The translations under genes and the position numbers were made by a program. A DNA stretch of 64,000 nucleotides from an uncultured Gemmatimonadales bacterium (lineage in GTDB: Bacteria; Gemmatimonadota; Gemmatimonadetes; Gemmatimonadales; Gemmatimonadaceae), in NCBI GenBank assembly GCA_963707505.1, contig CAVPQB010000003.1:96001-160000 (forward strand), read 5' to 3'. This document shows positions 9,523-19,179 of the stretch, piece after piece. Position 1 is the stretch's first letter. Each line of letters starts with the position of its first letter. Below the pieces are notes generated by a model that was not told where the DNA came from, did not search any database, and saw nothing but the letters and a program-made list of their open reading frames with translations.

Positions 9523-10718
9523 GCGAGCCACACCGTCAAACAGGTTGCGCAGGCCGCAACGGCCATGGATCGTCCGGGGAAGCGACTGGTGCATGCCACC
9601 ACCACACCGACGGCCGCGATCATCGACAACAGAACGCCGACGGGCGACATCGTGACGGCTACGGCCGCATAAGGAAGCGACGCCGCAAACCGCGCGATCG
9701 CCTCGAACGCGACGAGCAACGGATGAGCTGCCAGCGCGACGAAGCGGGCTGCAGCCGGCCATGGCGCGAGCACCAGCGCAAGAAAGAGCATCGGCTGCGC
9801 GATCGCAATAACCGGATCAGCTGCGAGATTGGTGAGCGGAGCCACCAGGCTGAGGCGGCCAAACCAGCACGCAACGAGGGGCGCCGTGACGAGCGTCGCC
9901 ACACCTGAAACAACCAGCGACTGCACCACTCCGCGGCGCCATCCGCCCAGTCGCGCAATTCGCCCACGTTTCGCCACGGCACCGGCCGCGATTACAGCCG
10001 CCATTCCGGCCATGCTGAGCTGATACCCGACGTCCAACGCGTTCTCCGGCTTCACGAGTGGAACGATACCGCCCAGCGCGAGAATACTCCACCGTGACGA
10101 GTGCCGCTGACACGCGTGCGAGGCGGTTGCGACGCACACCATCACTGCGGAGCGCAACGCAGGCGCGGGAAATCCCAGCACGAAGACGTAGCCCATTATC
10201 GTTGCGGCAGTAACGAACGAACCGATTCGGCCCGGCACTCTCGCGATTCCAAGCAGCAGTACCAGCGATGCCGCCACGATCGACACGTGCAGACCCGAGA
10301 TCGCGAGCATGTGAACGATTCCAGCGTCCGCGTAGGCCCGTTTGACGTCGCGCGGAATCTCGCTCTGGTCCGCGACGAGCAACGCCTTCGCGATGGGTGC
10401 GTCGAGAGCAAACGCGGAATCGATCGCGCGGCTCGCACGCAGCCGCAGCTTCTCTCCGAGCTCTGTCGAGTCTGTCTTGACGGCAAAGCCGGGACCGGTA
10501 TGCGGTCGGGGTCCCGATGCCGCAATAGCGCACGATGCTGCGAAGTACAACACGCACGCGGCAGGCACGAAATCGACCGCGGCCAGCCACGCAATCGCAC
10601 CGCAAGCGCCGAGCGAGACTTGCCATGGCAGCGAGTAACCAGCGGCCAGTCCGCCAAGCACGAATGCGAGCACCCACATTATCATCGGCACATGCGACTC
10701 GGCGTTGAGATCGCACAT
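9519..10718 (-). CDS. comEC: ComEC/Rec2-family competence membrane protein (core domain only)
   Basis: GIVHMLAISGLHV, PALRS, GYQLS and PLTNL motifs with multiple TM helices. Confidence 0.88.
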   Translation of the reverse strand: MCDLNAESHVPMIMWVLAFVLGGLAAGYSLPWQVSLGACGAIAWLAAVDFVPAACVLYFAASCAIAASGPRPHTGPGFAVKTDSTELGEKLRLRASRAIDSAFALDAPIAKALLVADQSEIPRDVKRAYADAGIVHMLAISGLHVSIVAASLVLLLGIARVPGRIGSFVTAATIMGYVFVLGFPAPALRSAVMVCVATASHACQRHSSRWSILALGGIVPLVKPENALDVGYQLSMAGMAAVIAAGAVAKRGRIARLGGWRRGVVQSLVVSGVATLVTAPLVACWFGRLSLVAPLTNLAADPVIAIAQPMLFLALVLAPWPAAARFVALAAHPLLVAFEAIARFAASLPYAAVAVTMSPVGVLLSMIAAVGVVVACTSRFPGRSMAVAACATCLTVWLA

Positions 10719-10772
10719 GGTACATCCAAAATCACGTGCGCGCGTTACCGTGCACGCGCAGGCTGACGCGAA

Positions 10773-12101
10773 TTACCGCATCGGAAGCGGCTCACGCGAA
10801 CGCACGACGACTCCGGTGAATGTCGATCCGGTAGTTCCGGTCAGCTCGACGTCCACATACTCGCCGATCATCTCGGCGCCGCCCGGAATGATGACTGTCT
10901 TGAAGTCGCGCGTCCGCGCCTGCAACAACCCTCCGCGACGTGCTTCCTTCTCGACCAACACCTCACGTCGCTCGCCCAGTCTCGCCATGTTGCGCGCGCG
11001 CGAAGCTTCGCGGACGACCGAGATCAACTGTGCAAGCCTGTCGCTGGCCACCTCATCCGAGATCGCCAGCTCGGCGGGCAGTCGCGCCGCGGGCGTTCCG
11101 TCACGCATCGAGAACTTGAACGTGTATGCGTCATCGAAGCCGACCTCGCGCACCGCGGTCAATGTCTCCGCAAATTCATCGTCGCTCTCACCCGGGAACC
11201 CCACGATGATATCGGTAGTCAGCGCGATCCCTGGAATCGCGGCGCGCAACCTTGCTGCGCATTCGAAGTAGGACTCGCGCGTGTAGCGTCGCAGCATCCG
11301 CTTGAGTGTGCGCGATGATCCGGATTGCATCGGAAGATGCACGTGCTCACAAACAGCCGGTGTGGTTGCCATCGCCTCGATCACGCGATCGCTGAAGTCG
11401 TTAGGGTGGGGACTCGTGAAGCGGAGGCGACGAATCCCGTCGACACATCCTACCGCGCGAAGCAGATCGGCGAAATCGTACGTGCCATCGGTATAGGAAT
11501 TGACGGTCTGACCAAGCAGCACGATCTCCGACATGCCGTCCGCGACTACGCTTTCCGTTTCACGCACCACGTCCGCCAGCGCGCGACTGCGCTCCGGACC
11601 GCGCGTGTACGGAACGATGCAATACGTACATCGGTAGTCGCAACCACGCTGCACGGGGATCCAGGCCTTCACCTTGTCGAACCGGCGCGGCTTGAAATCC
11701 TCGTAGTGCTCTTCCATGTCGAAATCCGTCGCCGACGTCCTGACTCCATGGCGTGCGTTATCGATCAGAGTCGGTAACGCGCGATATCCGTCAGGGCCGA
11801 TCACGATACTCACGTGCGGAGTGCGTTCGAGCAGCGTCGGCCCCAGCCGTTGAGCCATGCACCCGGTTACACCCATCACCGCCGTAGGCGACATGTGTCG
11901 CTTGAGCTCACCCAGACGTCCAATCACACGCTGCTCGGCGTGATCGCGAATGGCGCAAGTGTTGATGAGAATCACGTCGGCGCCGTCCGGGCCATCAACC
12001 GCGTCGTAACCGGAAGCCGTGAGCTTGCCGAGCATGAGCTCGGTGTCGCTCACGTTCATCTGGCAGCCGTACGTCTCGATGTAAACTGTGGGTCTGGTCA
12101 T
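10773..12101 (-). CDS. miaB: tRNA methylthiotransferase MiaB
   Basis: ETYGCQMN, NTCAIR, GCMAQ, radical-SAM GCDYRCTYC, TDIIVGFPGE and a C-terminal TRAM domain. Confidence 0.96.
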   Translation of the reverse strand: MTRPTVYIETYGCQMNVSDTELMLGKLTASGYDAVDGPDGADVILINTCAIRDHAEQRVIGRLGELKRHMSPTAVMGVTGCMAQRLGPTLLERTPHVSIVIGPDGYRALPTLIDNARHGVRTSATDFDMEEHYEDFKPRRFDKVKAWIPVQRGCDYRCTYCIVPYTRGPERSRALADVVRETESVVADGMSEIVLLGQTVNSYTDGTYDFADLLRAVGCVDGIRRLRFTSPHPNDFSDRVIEAMATTPAVCEHVHLPMQSGSSRTLKRMLRRYTRESYFECAARLRAAIPGIALTTDIIVGFPGESDDEFAETLTAVREVGFDDAYTFKFSMRDGTPAARLPAELAISDEVASDRLAQLISVVREASRARNMARLGERREVLVEKEARRGGLLQARTRDFKTVIIPGGAEMIGEYVDVELTGTTGSTFTGVVVRSREPLPMR

Positions 12102-12105
12102 GCGC

Positions 12106-13266
12106 TTAACGAGGTTCCTTTTGCGGGTGCGTTGGCAGCTGAACGTAGAACGTGCTCCCTTCGCCTGTAACGCTGCGCACCCAGATGCGGCCGCCGTGCG
12201 CTTCCACGACGAGTTTGCAGAACGCGAGGCCGAGCCCCGAGCTACGCACTCGCGGCACATGTCCCGCCTTTACGCGTCCGAATTTCTGGAATATCAGATC
12301 GTGAAATTCTTCCGGGATCCCTGGACCGTTGTCCTGAATTCCGAATAGCACTCCGTCATCCTCACCGCGCGCGGTGATTCGCAACTCGATAGCGCGCCCG
12401 GAATGCGTCAGGGCGTTCTGAAGGATGTTGGAGAATACGCGCTTCAGCAGCGGCTTGTCAGCCTCGAACGTAGCTGCGTCCTCCGAGACTGAGATTACTA
12501 CCGAAGCAGCTTCCTGAGTGAAGCGCACATTCCACTCGTGGAGAACCTCCGCGATGAATGCACCGGGCGCGATTTCCTGACGCTCGAGCATGATCCCGGT
12601 CTCCTCGACCTTCGCGACCTCGAGTAGATCGCCAATAAGACCGAGCAGCTCTTCCGCCTTGGTCTCGGCGTCGCTCAGCGCCTTGCGCTGATCGAGCGAT
12701 ACAGCGCCGAAGTCACCGTCGCCAACCATCTCGAGCGTCGCGAGCACGGACGTGAGCGGAGTCTTGAGATCGTGAACGATCATCTTCATGAGATCGTCGC
12801 GCACCTTCTCGAGCTCGCGCAACTTGCGATAGCTGTCCTCCAGCGCGTCGGTCGCGGCCTTGAGCTTGAGCAGACTGCGTACGCGGGCGCCGAGCACGAG
12901 GCGATTGTGTGGCTTGGTGAGAAAATCGTCCCCACCAGCCTCGATGCCCTTCACACGATCGGTCGTGTCATTGAGCGCCGTGACGAAGATCACGGGAATG
13001 CGAGCCGTGCGTGCGTCACGCTTGAGGCGGCGACACACTTCGAATCCGGTGGACCGATGATCGACACCGAGCTCTCCGGCAGGCATCGCTACGTCGAGGA
13101 TGCACAGATCCGGATGATGCTCGATGCATGCAGCGATCGCGCTCGGACCATCGACCGCCGCGACAGTGCGGAAACCAAGAGTCTGCAACTGGTCGAACAG
13201 AAGCTCCACGTTCGCCGGCACGTCATCGGCGACGAGAATGAGAGGTGGCTCCTGCTCGGTATCCAT
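12106..13266 (-). CDS. Cytoplasmic hybrid receiver-histidine kinase
   Basis: N-terminal REC (VADD, LDVAMP, FLTKP), H-box HDLKTP, N-box NALTH, DNGPGI and GLGL. No TM segment. Confidence 0.93.
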   Translation of the reverse strand: MDTEQEPPLILVADDVPANVELLFDQLQTLGFRTVAAVDGPSAIAACIEHHPDLCILDVAMPAGELGVDHRSTGFEVCRRLKRDARTARIPVIFVTALNDTTDRVKGIEAGGDDFLTKPHNRLVLGARVRSLLKLKAATDALEDSYRKLRELEKVRDDLMKMIVHDLKTPLTSVLATLEMVGDGDFGAVSLDQRKALSDAETKAEELLGLIGDLLEVAKVEETGIMLERQEIAPGAFIAEVLHEWNVRFTQEAASVVISVSEDAATFEADKPLLKRVFSNILQNALTHSGRAIELRITARGEDDGVLFGIQDNGPGIPEEFHDLIFQKFGRVKAGHVPRVRSSGLGLAFCKLVVEAHGGRIWVRSVTGEGSTFYVQLPTHPQKEPR

Positions 13267-13273
13267 TCGTCGT

Positions 13274-14422
13274 TTACGGATGCACCTGCAGCCCGAAGCT
13301 GAGGTTGTAGCCGTGCTCACTCACGCCGGTGACTCCCGTGCGTGCTTCGTGCAACAGTGCCATGTCGAGTGTTACGCGGTCGAATGCGATCGGAATTCCG
13401 ATGCCGCCACCGAATGACGTTTCCTGAATCGCCGACGTCCCGACCGCGAACGGAAGCGTTCTCCGGCGTACTCCGAGACGCACGAGGATCGGAAAGCCGC
13501 CCCCGATACGTGGACCGCTGGATTCGACACCCAGACTCAGGTCATTTGCGTCGACCGCGACCGTATGCGCGTAACTCAGATCACCGAGCTGACTCCACGT
13601 CTCGTGCGATGCGCGAGCCGCTATCATCGTTCCCGGAATCCCGGTGAACGCGAGCGATCCCGAATAACGCGTCGGTATCGTGCCCGTGGTAAGTAGCGAA
13701 TCGTTCGCGAACATCCTGGCCGTTCCGCCCTTCCGTCCGCTGACCGCGATGCTCAGCGTCGGCAACAGAGCCGCTTCCATTCCGACCGATACTGCCTTTC
13801 CTGAAAAACTCACCTGGTTGAGCTGCGTGATGTTCTGAAACCTGGTGGTGTCCGGGAATATTTCGTTGGATGTGAGACGCATCGATCCCGGGAACGTGTG
13901 CACGCCGACTCCGAATCGCAGGCGAGCGTTGACGGCATACGCCAGTGCAAGCCGTACGTCCGTGATCGCCCCCTCGCTCTTCAGCGTTTCGTTGAACGCG
14001 ACCGTGTCGCCGGGATTGGGACCGAAAGGCTGCGTGCGTGCGCGTGCCGTTTCCCACGTGCGATCGAGGAACGTGGACGCAGAGATGCCGAGCACGAACT
14101 GTCCGTTCAACGGAAGCACACCGCCGATGTTCGGCATCCGCGCCAGTGTCGTCGATGATGACTGCCCGTTCGTCGTAACTGTCCTGAACTCGGGATCGTA
14201 CTGCGCGTACACCTGCGCCGCCGTCCGAATTGCGAGCGCCGCAGGATTGATCGGAGACCGCGCGTCGATCTCGCCGACCGCGCCCGCGGTGCCGAGCGCG
14301 CGCGTGCTGAGCTCACCCGGAGGGTAACCCAGACCCTGAGAGCTGAGCGATCCCTGACCGTGGAGCGTGGAGGCCGTCAGAGCGGTGGCGGCAACCACGG
14401 CAATCAAGAATCTGTTACTCAT
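13274..14422 (-). CDS. Outer-membrane beta-barrel protein, FadL/PorV-like
   Basis: Signal peptide; N-terminal RALGTAG...INPAAL resembles the FadL plug; terminal strand YNLSFGLQV. Confidence 0.65.
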   Translation of the reverse strand: MSNRFLIAVVAATALTASTLHGQGSLSSQGLGYPPGELSTRALGTAGAVGEIDARSPINPAALAIRTAAQVYAQYDPEFRTVTTNGQSSSTTLARMPNIGGVLPLNGQFVLGISASTFLDRTWETARARTQPFGPNPGDTVAFNETLKSEGAITDVRLALAYAVNARLRFGVGVHTFPGSMRLTSNEIFPDTTRFQNITQLNQVSFSGKAVSVGMEAALLPTLSIAVSGRKGGTARMFANDSLLTTGTIPTRYSGSLAFTGIPGTMIAARASHETWSQLGDLSYAHTVAVDANDLSLGVESSGPRIGGGFPILVRLGVRRRTLPFAVGTSAIQETSFGGGIGIPIAFDRVTLDMALLHEARTGVTGVSEHGYNLSFGLQVHP

Positions 14423-15711
14423 GGAACGCCAATCCGGGCACGAGGTGTGTAGCTGATGCGAAGCTTCGGTCTCAACGTCGGATCCGACGACGATGAATAG
14501 AAGAATGCCTGTTGTGCGGAAAAATCTTCCTGGAGACTCTGCAGTACTATCGCGCGCGGAAGCTGCGCCGCGGTCTGCACTGCCCAGTATTTGAATGCGG
14601 GTCCGATCTGAACCTCACGAACGCCAGACGTCCCCGGAGGAGTTCTGAGGGGCGACAATCCCAGCACGCTGACCGGCGCCACTATCTGCGCCGCTTTTGA
14701 CGGATCGACGACACCCGGACCGGCCAGCACAAGGAATGGCTGGATCGCCATGGAGTCGGTGGGATCGGGAGAAGCACTCGCCTGTTGCGTGAGAACGAGC
14801 GTCGCGGCAACAACGAGCGACGAGTCCGAGATCGATGGAGGAATGTTGAACGACAGATACGCTCGCGTACCCGGCAGTCCGCCAACCGTGAGAATTCCCG
14901 GTGGTGGCGGTGGTGTCCCCTTCACTACGATCGTGAAGTCGGCAACGCTCTGTGCGATGGAGAGATTATCTACCGGAGTGAGCGAATACGGCGCCATCAC
15001 CACCGGAGCGACGCTGGTGTCTTTCGAGATGCGCATAGAAAGCCTCGACGAGAATCCCGATTCGCCCGACAGCACGCGGAACTCCACCGACTTTGATGCA
15101 GCGACCTGTAATCCCAATCGCAATCGCGCCCTGGCCTGCGCCTTGGCGAGAACGAACGCCGTCGGCAGCTGTATTCGTACCGAATCCACGAGCGTGCCCG
15201 GCGCGAACTGCGTCGACGTGATGAGACGTGCCGGCGTGAAGAGCGGAGCCACTGCCGCGGCCGAGGTATCATCTACGGCCGTAACGTCATCGACATCGTA
15301 GACGGAAACGGTTACCGGAACACCCACCTTGAACGCCGCACTGTCCACGTACAGACGCAGAATCGCGCTGTCCGCGTAATTGATCGGAACGCCGGTGTCG
15401 GTCGCGCTCGTGACGGTCCTCGAGGGCAGCGTGTCGAACCGGATGATGACACGCGTATCCAGCGTATCGCCGCGACTGGCGAGCAACATCTCGGGCTCGG
15501 TTCCCTTGCCCAGTCCGCCCAACACTGTCGAGTCGATCTTGACTGCATCGAGTGTCACGGTCGTGATCTGCACGGACTGATCGACACACGTGAGCGGGCA
15601 ACCCGCCGAGCTGTCCAGTTTCTCCGTACAAGCGGTCGCCACGAGAGCGAGCATGGTCGTGACGGCGACTGCCGCACAGGACCGGCTAAAACTCCATCTC
15701 TTCAATATCAC
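14419..15711 (-). CDS. Beta-rich lipoprotein of unknown function
   Basis: Lipobox LVATA-C; C-terminal LRPKLRISYT. Overlaps both neighbours by 4 nt. Confidence 0.7.
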   Translation of the reverse strand: MILKRWSFSRSCAAVAVTTMLALVATACTEKLDSSAGCPLTCVDQSVQITTVTLDAVKIDSTVLGGLGKGTEPEMLLASRGDTLDTRVIIRFDTLPSRTVTSATDTGVPINYADSAILRLYVDSAAFKVGVPVTVSVYDVDDVTAVDDTSAAAVAPLFTPARLITSTQFAPGTLVDSVRIQLPTAFVLAKAQARARLRLGLQVAASKSVEFRVLSGESGFSSRLSMRISKDTSVAPVVMAPYSLTPVDNLSIAQSVADFTIVVKGTPPPPPGILTVGGLPGTRAYLSFNIPPSISDSSLVVAATLVLTQQASASPDPTDSMAIQPFLVLAGPGVVDPSKAAQIVAPVSVLGLSPLRTPPGTSGVREVQIGPAFKYWAVQTAAQLPRAIVLQSLQEDFSAQQAFFYSSSSDPTLRPKLRISYTPRARIGVP

Positions 15712-16112
15712 TCCGTAAATCGGTTCGATTCATCCAGCTTGAACTGGTGCGGAAGAAGATCCGCGAGCGACCATTCGGTGGTCTCGCCGTTCAGTCCATG
15801 GCTCACTATACGCAGTGCCGGAGCAAACTCCGACAGTGCTTGCCGGCAGGCGCCACACGGCGCAGCCGGCTCCGTCGCATCGCTCACCAGCACCAATTCA
15901 GCAAATTCGCGCTCGCCCGCGCTGACCGCCGCGACAAGCGCCGATCGCTCGGCGCAGATTCCAACACCGAACGAGGCGTTCTCGACGTTCGCCCCGCCAT
16001 ACACGTTTCCAGCGCTGCTCCGGAGAGCTGCACCGACATGAAAGTGCGAGTACGGCGCGTATGCGTTCGCGCGCGCGTCCTCCGCGACATTCCTGAGAGA
16101 CTTTGTGCTCAA
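15708..16112 (-). CDS. cdd: Cytidine deaminase (homotetrameric type)
   Basis: AYAPYSHFHVGAA, NVENAS, CAERSA and PCGACRQ motifs. TTG start overlaps the deoB stop. Confidence 0.95.
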   Translation of the reverse strand: MSTKSLRNVAEDARANAYAPYSHFHVGAALRSSAGNVYGGANVENASFGVGICAERSALVAAVSAGEREFAELVLVSDATEPAAPCGACRQALSEFAPALRIVSHGLNGETTEWSLADLLPHQFKLDESNRFTE

Positions 16113-17281
16113 CGCAGCACCTGCATCAGAAACGAAGTTCCCGCGCCCCGGAATTCCAACCCGAACCACTCCGCGACGGTTGCACCAAGATCCGCAAACG
16201 TGGCTCGGTGCCCTATTGTATTGCCCGTCCGGATCGCAGAACCGAACACGAGAACCGGAACGTTCTCACGCGCGTGGTCGGTCGAAGCAGTTGTAGGGTC
16301 GTTGCCGTGGTCGGCGGTGATAAACAGCAGATCTTCCTCGCGAAGGGCACGCCTCAGCGTTGGAAGCGCCGCGTCAAATTCCCGCAGCGCTCCGAAAAAG
16401 CCCGGTACGTTGTTCCTGTGGCCGTAAAGTTGGTCGAAATCTACAAGGTTGGCGAAGAGAAACCCGGTATCGGCCGTACTTCCCAGCCACTGCTGGATCA
16501 AACGAATTCCTTCGGCGTTTCCAGAGGTGTGCTTTGACTTGATCGACCTCCCGGCGAAAAGGTCGTCGACCTTCCCGACCCCGCTCCGCTCGATCCCAGC
16601 CGCAGCAAGCGCATCGAGCAGCGTCTCCGACGGCGGTTGGACCGAGAAATCCCGCCGGTTGGCTGTCCGGCTGAACGAGCCGGCCTCCCCCACGAACGGC
16701 CGCGCAATTACCCGCGAAACATTGTTCGGCTCAACCAGTAACGCTCGCGCTGCTTCGCAGCCGGCGTAAAGCTCAGGCAAAGGGATAACCCCCTCGTGCG
16801 CTGCGATCTGGAAGACCGAATCGGCGGATGTGTACACGATCCATGAGCCGGTGCGCAGATGCTCCTCGCCGAATCTGGCGATCACGTCAGTCCCGCTGCC
16901 CACAACGTTCCCGATGACACGACGTCCCGTGCGGTCGGAAAACTCAGCAAGCAACGGCGCTGGAAATCCGGACGGATAGGTCGGGAACGGCGTCGTAATC
17001 GTGACTCCGGCGATTTCCCAATGGCCAGTCGTGCTGTCCTTTCCAGCGGCTCTGGGTGACATGACACCCACCGCGGCATCAGGTTGAGCCACAGCACCTA
17101 ACCCGTTGATGGGGTGTATGTTACCAAGACCAGCCTCATGTAGATTCTCAAGTCGTTCCGGAGCCATCTTTTCGATCACATGGCCAAGCGTATCGCTTCC
17201 GGCATCACCGTAAGCCGCCGAGTCCGGCGCCTCACCGATTCCCGCCCCGTCGAGCACGATTATCGCCGCGCGTCGCGCCAT
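16109..17281 (-). CDS. deoB: Phosphopentomutase
   Basis: IVLDGAGIG, GKDSTTGHWE, YTSADSVFQ, DFDQLYGHR, TADHGNDPT and DHARE motifs. Confidence 0.96.
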   Translation of the reverse strand: MARRAAIIVLDGAGIGEAPDSAAYGDAGSDTLGHVIEKMAPERLENLHEAGLGNIHPINGLGAVAQPDAAVGVMSPRAAGKDSTTGHWEIAGVTITTPFPTYPSGFPAPLLAEFSDRTGRRVIGNVVGSGTDVIARFGEEHLRTGSWIVYTSADSVFQIAAHEGVIPLPELYAGCEAARALLVEPNNVSRVIARPFVGEAGSFSRTANRRDFSVQPPSETLLDALAAAGIERSGVGKVDDLFAGRSIKSKHTSGNAEGIRLIQQWLGSTADTGFLFANLVDFDQLYGHRNNVPGFFGALREFDAALPTLRRALREEDLLFITADHGNDPTTASTDHARENVPVLVFGSAIRTGNTIGHRATFADLGATVAEWFGLEFRGAGTSFLMQVLR

Positions 17282-17288
17282 CGACTCG

Positions 17289-18377
17289 TCAGGCCTCTAC
17301 GTACCGGCGGTCCAACCGCTCGGCGAACCCGGTGAGAAGCTCATACGGCGACATTCCGGCCAGCCCTGCGATCCCTTCGACGGTGAGCTCTGCTCCACAA
17401 TCACCACCGATCAGCGTGATCACGTCGCCCACGTTGCATGGCACGTCTGTCACGTCGAACATCGTCATGTCCATGGTTACCAGGCCGCGTTGGGGGATCC
17501 GACTGGAGTGCAACATCGCCGTCGCGCGATCAGAAAGAGCGCGCGGGTAGCCGTCGCCATACCCGACAGAAGCCGTTGCGATCCGCTCTCGGCGCTTTGC
17601 GCTGTACATCGCGCCGTAGCTGACCGTGTCGCCTGGCTCGACCCACCGGATATCCACAATGCGGGCACGCAGACTCACTACGTGGCGGGCATCCAGGCCG
17701 AGTCCCCTGCCTACCCCGTAAAGGAAAACGCCCGGCCGTATGGCGCCCCAACGTCCGCGTCCACTCACCCCGCGCGCCGCTGCGGCACTGTTATCCACGT
17801 GAAGTAGCGGGATCTCGACGCCGAGGCTCGCAATCGCATCCAGGAAACGGACTACTTGCGCCTGCGCCGAAGCGGTGTCCGATTCGGCAGAATGGAAGTG
17901 CGTGAACGCGGCAGCCGGCGGCGACTTGCGCACGACATCGCGGAGGGCTGTGATGTCACGCCAGGCTGCACCGGCGCGGTTCATTCCGGTATCGATTGAA
18001 AGATGGTACGGCTTTTCGGTACGGGCCCAGGCAGCGATGGCATCGACGTCGCCCAGCGTGAGCGTGAGATCCGCAGCCGCTGCGCGCTGGTACTCCTCCG
18101 CGAGCACGGGAGTGAACACGATGACGGGACGAACGATGCCAAGCTCGCGGAGCTGTTCGCCTTCACCGATCGAGGCCACTCCATACGCAACCGGCTCCAG
18201 CGGTTCGAGCGCGCCAACCACGCCTGCGACGCCCACGCCATAGGCATTCGCCTTCACCATCGGAATCAGCGGAAGGCCGGTTTGCCGCTGCAGCTCGGCG
18301 GCATTCTGGCGCAACGCCGCAATGCTCACGTCGAGCCAGGCGCGCGCAGGTAGCGGGTATATTAGGGTTTCTTCCAC
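17289..18377 (-). CDS. alr: Alanine racemase
   Basis: VKANAYG (PLP lysine), IDTGMNR, THF, RPG, VSYG, GYGDG and MDM motifs. Start inferred at GTG 18377. Confidence 0.93.
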   Translation of the reverse strand: MEETLIYPLPARAWLDVSIAALRQNAAELQRQTGLPLIPMVKANAYGVGVAGVVGALEPLEPVAYGVASIGEGEQLRELGIVRPVIVFTPVLAEEYQRAAAADLTLTLGDVDAIAAWARTEKPYHLSIDTGMNRAGAAWRDITALRDVVRKSPPAAAFTHFHSAESDTASAQAQVVRFLDAIASLGVEIPLLHVDNSAAAARGVSGRGRWGAIRPGVFLYGVGRGLGLDARHVVSLRARIVDIRWVEPGDTVSYGAMYSAKRRERIATASVGYGDGYPRALSDRATAMLHSSRIPQRGLVTMDMTMFDVTDVPCNVGDVITLIGGDCGAELTVEGIAGLAGMSPYELLTGFAERLDRRYVEA

Positions 18378-18391
18378 AGCCTTATAAGATA

Positions 18392-19168
18392 ATGTCACGT
18401 GACGTTGGACTGGATGACACGCTGGAGCTGATGCGCGATCTGCGCAGGCGCTGCGACTGGGACGCGGCGCAGACTCATGAAACTCTTCGCCCTTACCTGA
18501 TCGAGGAAGCGCACGAGCTGGATGAGGCGATCCAGACCGGGAACGACGCGCTCATGCGCGAGGAGCTCGGCGACGTCTTGCTGCAGGTGCTCTTTCATTC
18601 TGTGCTCGCCGAGGAGCGGGGCGCGTTCACGTTCAGCGACGTTGCGAGCGCACTGATAACGAAGATGAAGGGACGACATCCACATCTCTATGGCGAGGGC
18701 GTGAAGGAGCCATGGGAGAAGATGAAATCGAAACGTCGTGAGTCCCTGGCCGACGGACTCCCCGTTGCCCTGCCGTCGCTTCATCGCGCACAGCGGTTGC
18801 AGGATCGTGCCGCCGGCGTTGGCTTCGACTGGCCCGATTGGCGCGGCGCAGCTGAAAAGGTCAGCGAGGAGCTGGACGAAGCCCGAGAGCTTCTCGATGA
18901 GCTACCAGAGCGCCCAATTGGCGCAGCACCTGTGCACGACGAGGCGCACGAGCGCATCGCTGAAGAACTTGGCGACCTGCTATTTGCGTGCGTTAATCTG
19001 TGCCGGAAGGCTCACGTCCACGCATCGCTCGCCCTGGACCGCGCAAACCTGAAATTCCAGCACCGATTCGAGCAGGTCGAGCAGCTCGCGCGCGAGCGCG
19101 GTATCGTGGTCGGCCAGGCGTCGCTGGCCGAGCTGGATGCGTTATGGGATGAGGTAAAACGGACGTAG
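18392..19168 (+). CDS. mazG: Nucleoside triphosphate pyrophosphohydrolase MazG
   Basis: CDWD..QT, EEAHE, EELGDVLLQ, RHPH, GFDW and a second EELGDLLF. Confidence 0.95.
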   Translation: MSRDVGLDDTLELMRDLRRRCDWDAAQTHETLRPYLIEEAHELDEAIQTGNDALMREELGDVLLQVLFHSVLAEERGAFTFSDVASALITKMKGRHPHLYGEGVKEPWEKMKSKRRESLADGLPVALPSLHRAQRLQDRAAGVGFDWPDWRGAAEKVSEELDEARELLDELPERPIGAAPVHDEAHERIAEELGDLLFACVNLCRKAHVHASLALDRANLKFQHRFEQVEQLARERGIVVGQASLAELDALWDEVKRT

Positions 19169-19179
19169 CACGCCGACGG

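Noticed and set aside
18392..19168. mazG as part of a toxin-antitoxin or anti-phage system
   Set aside because: Ordinary tandem-domain housekeeping MazG with no mazEF or defence genes nearby.
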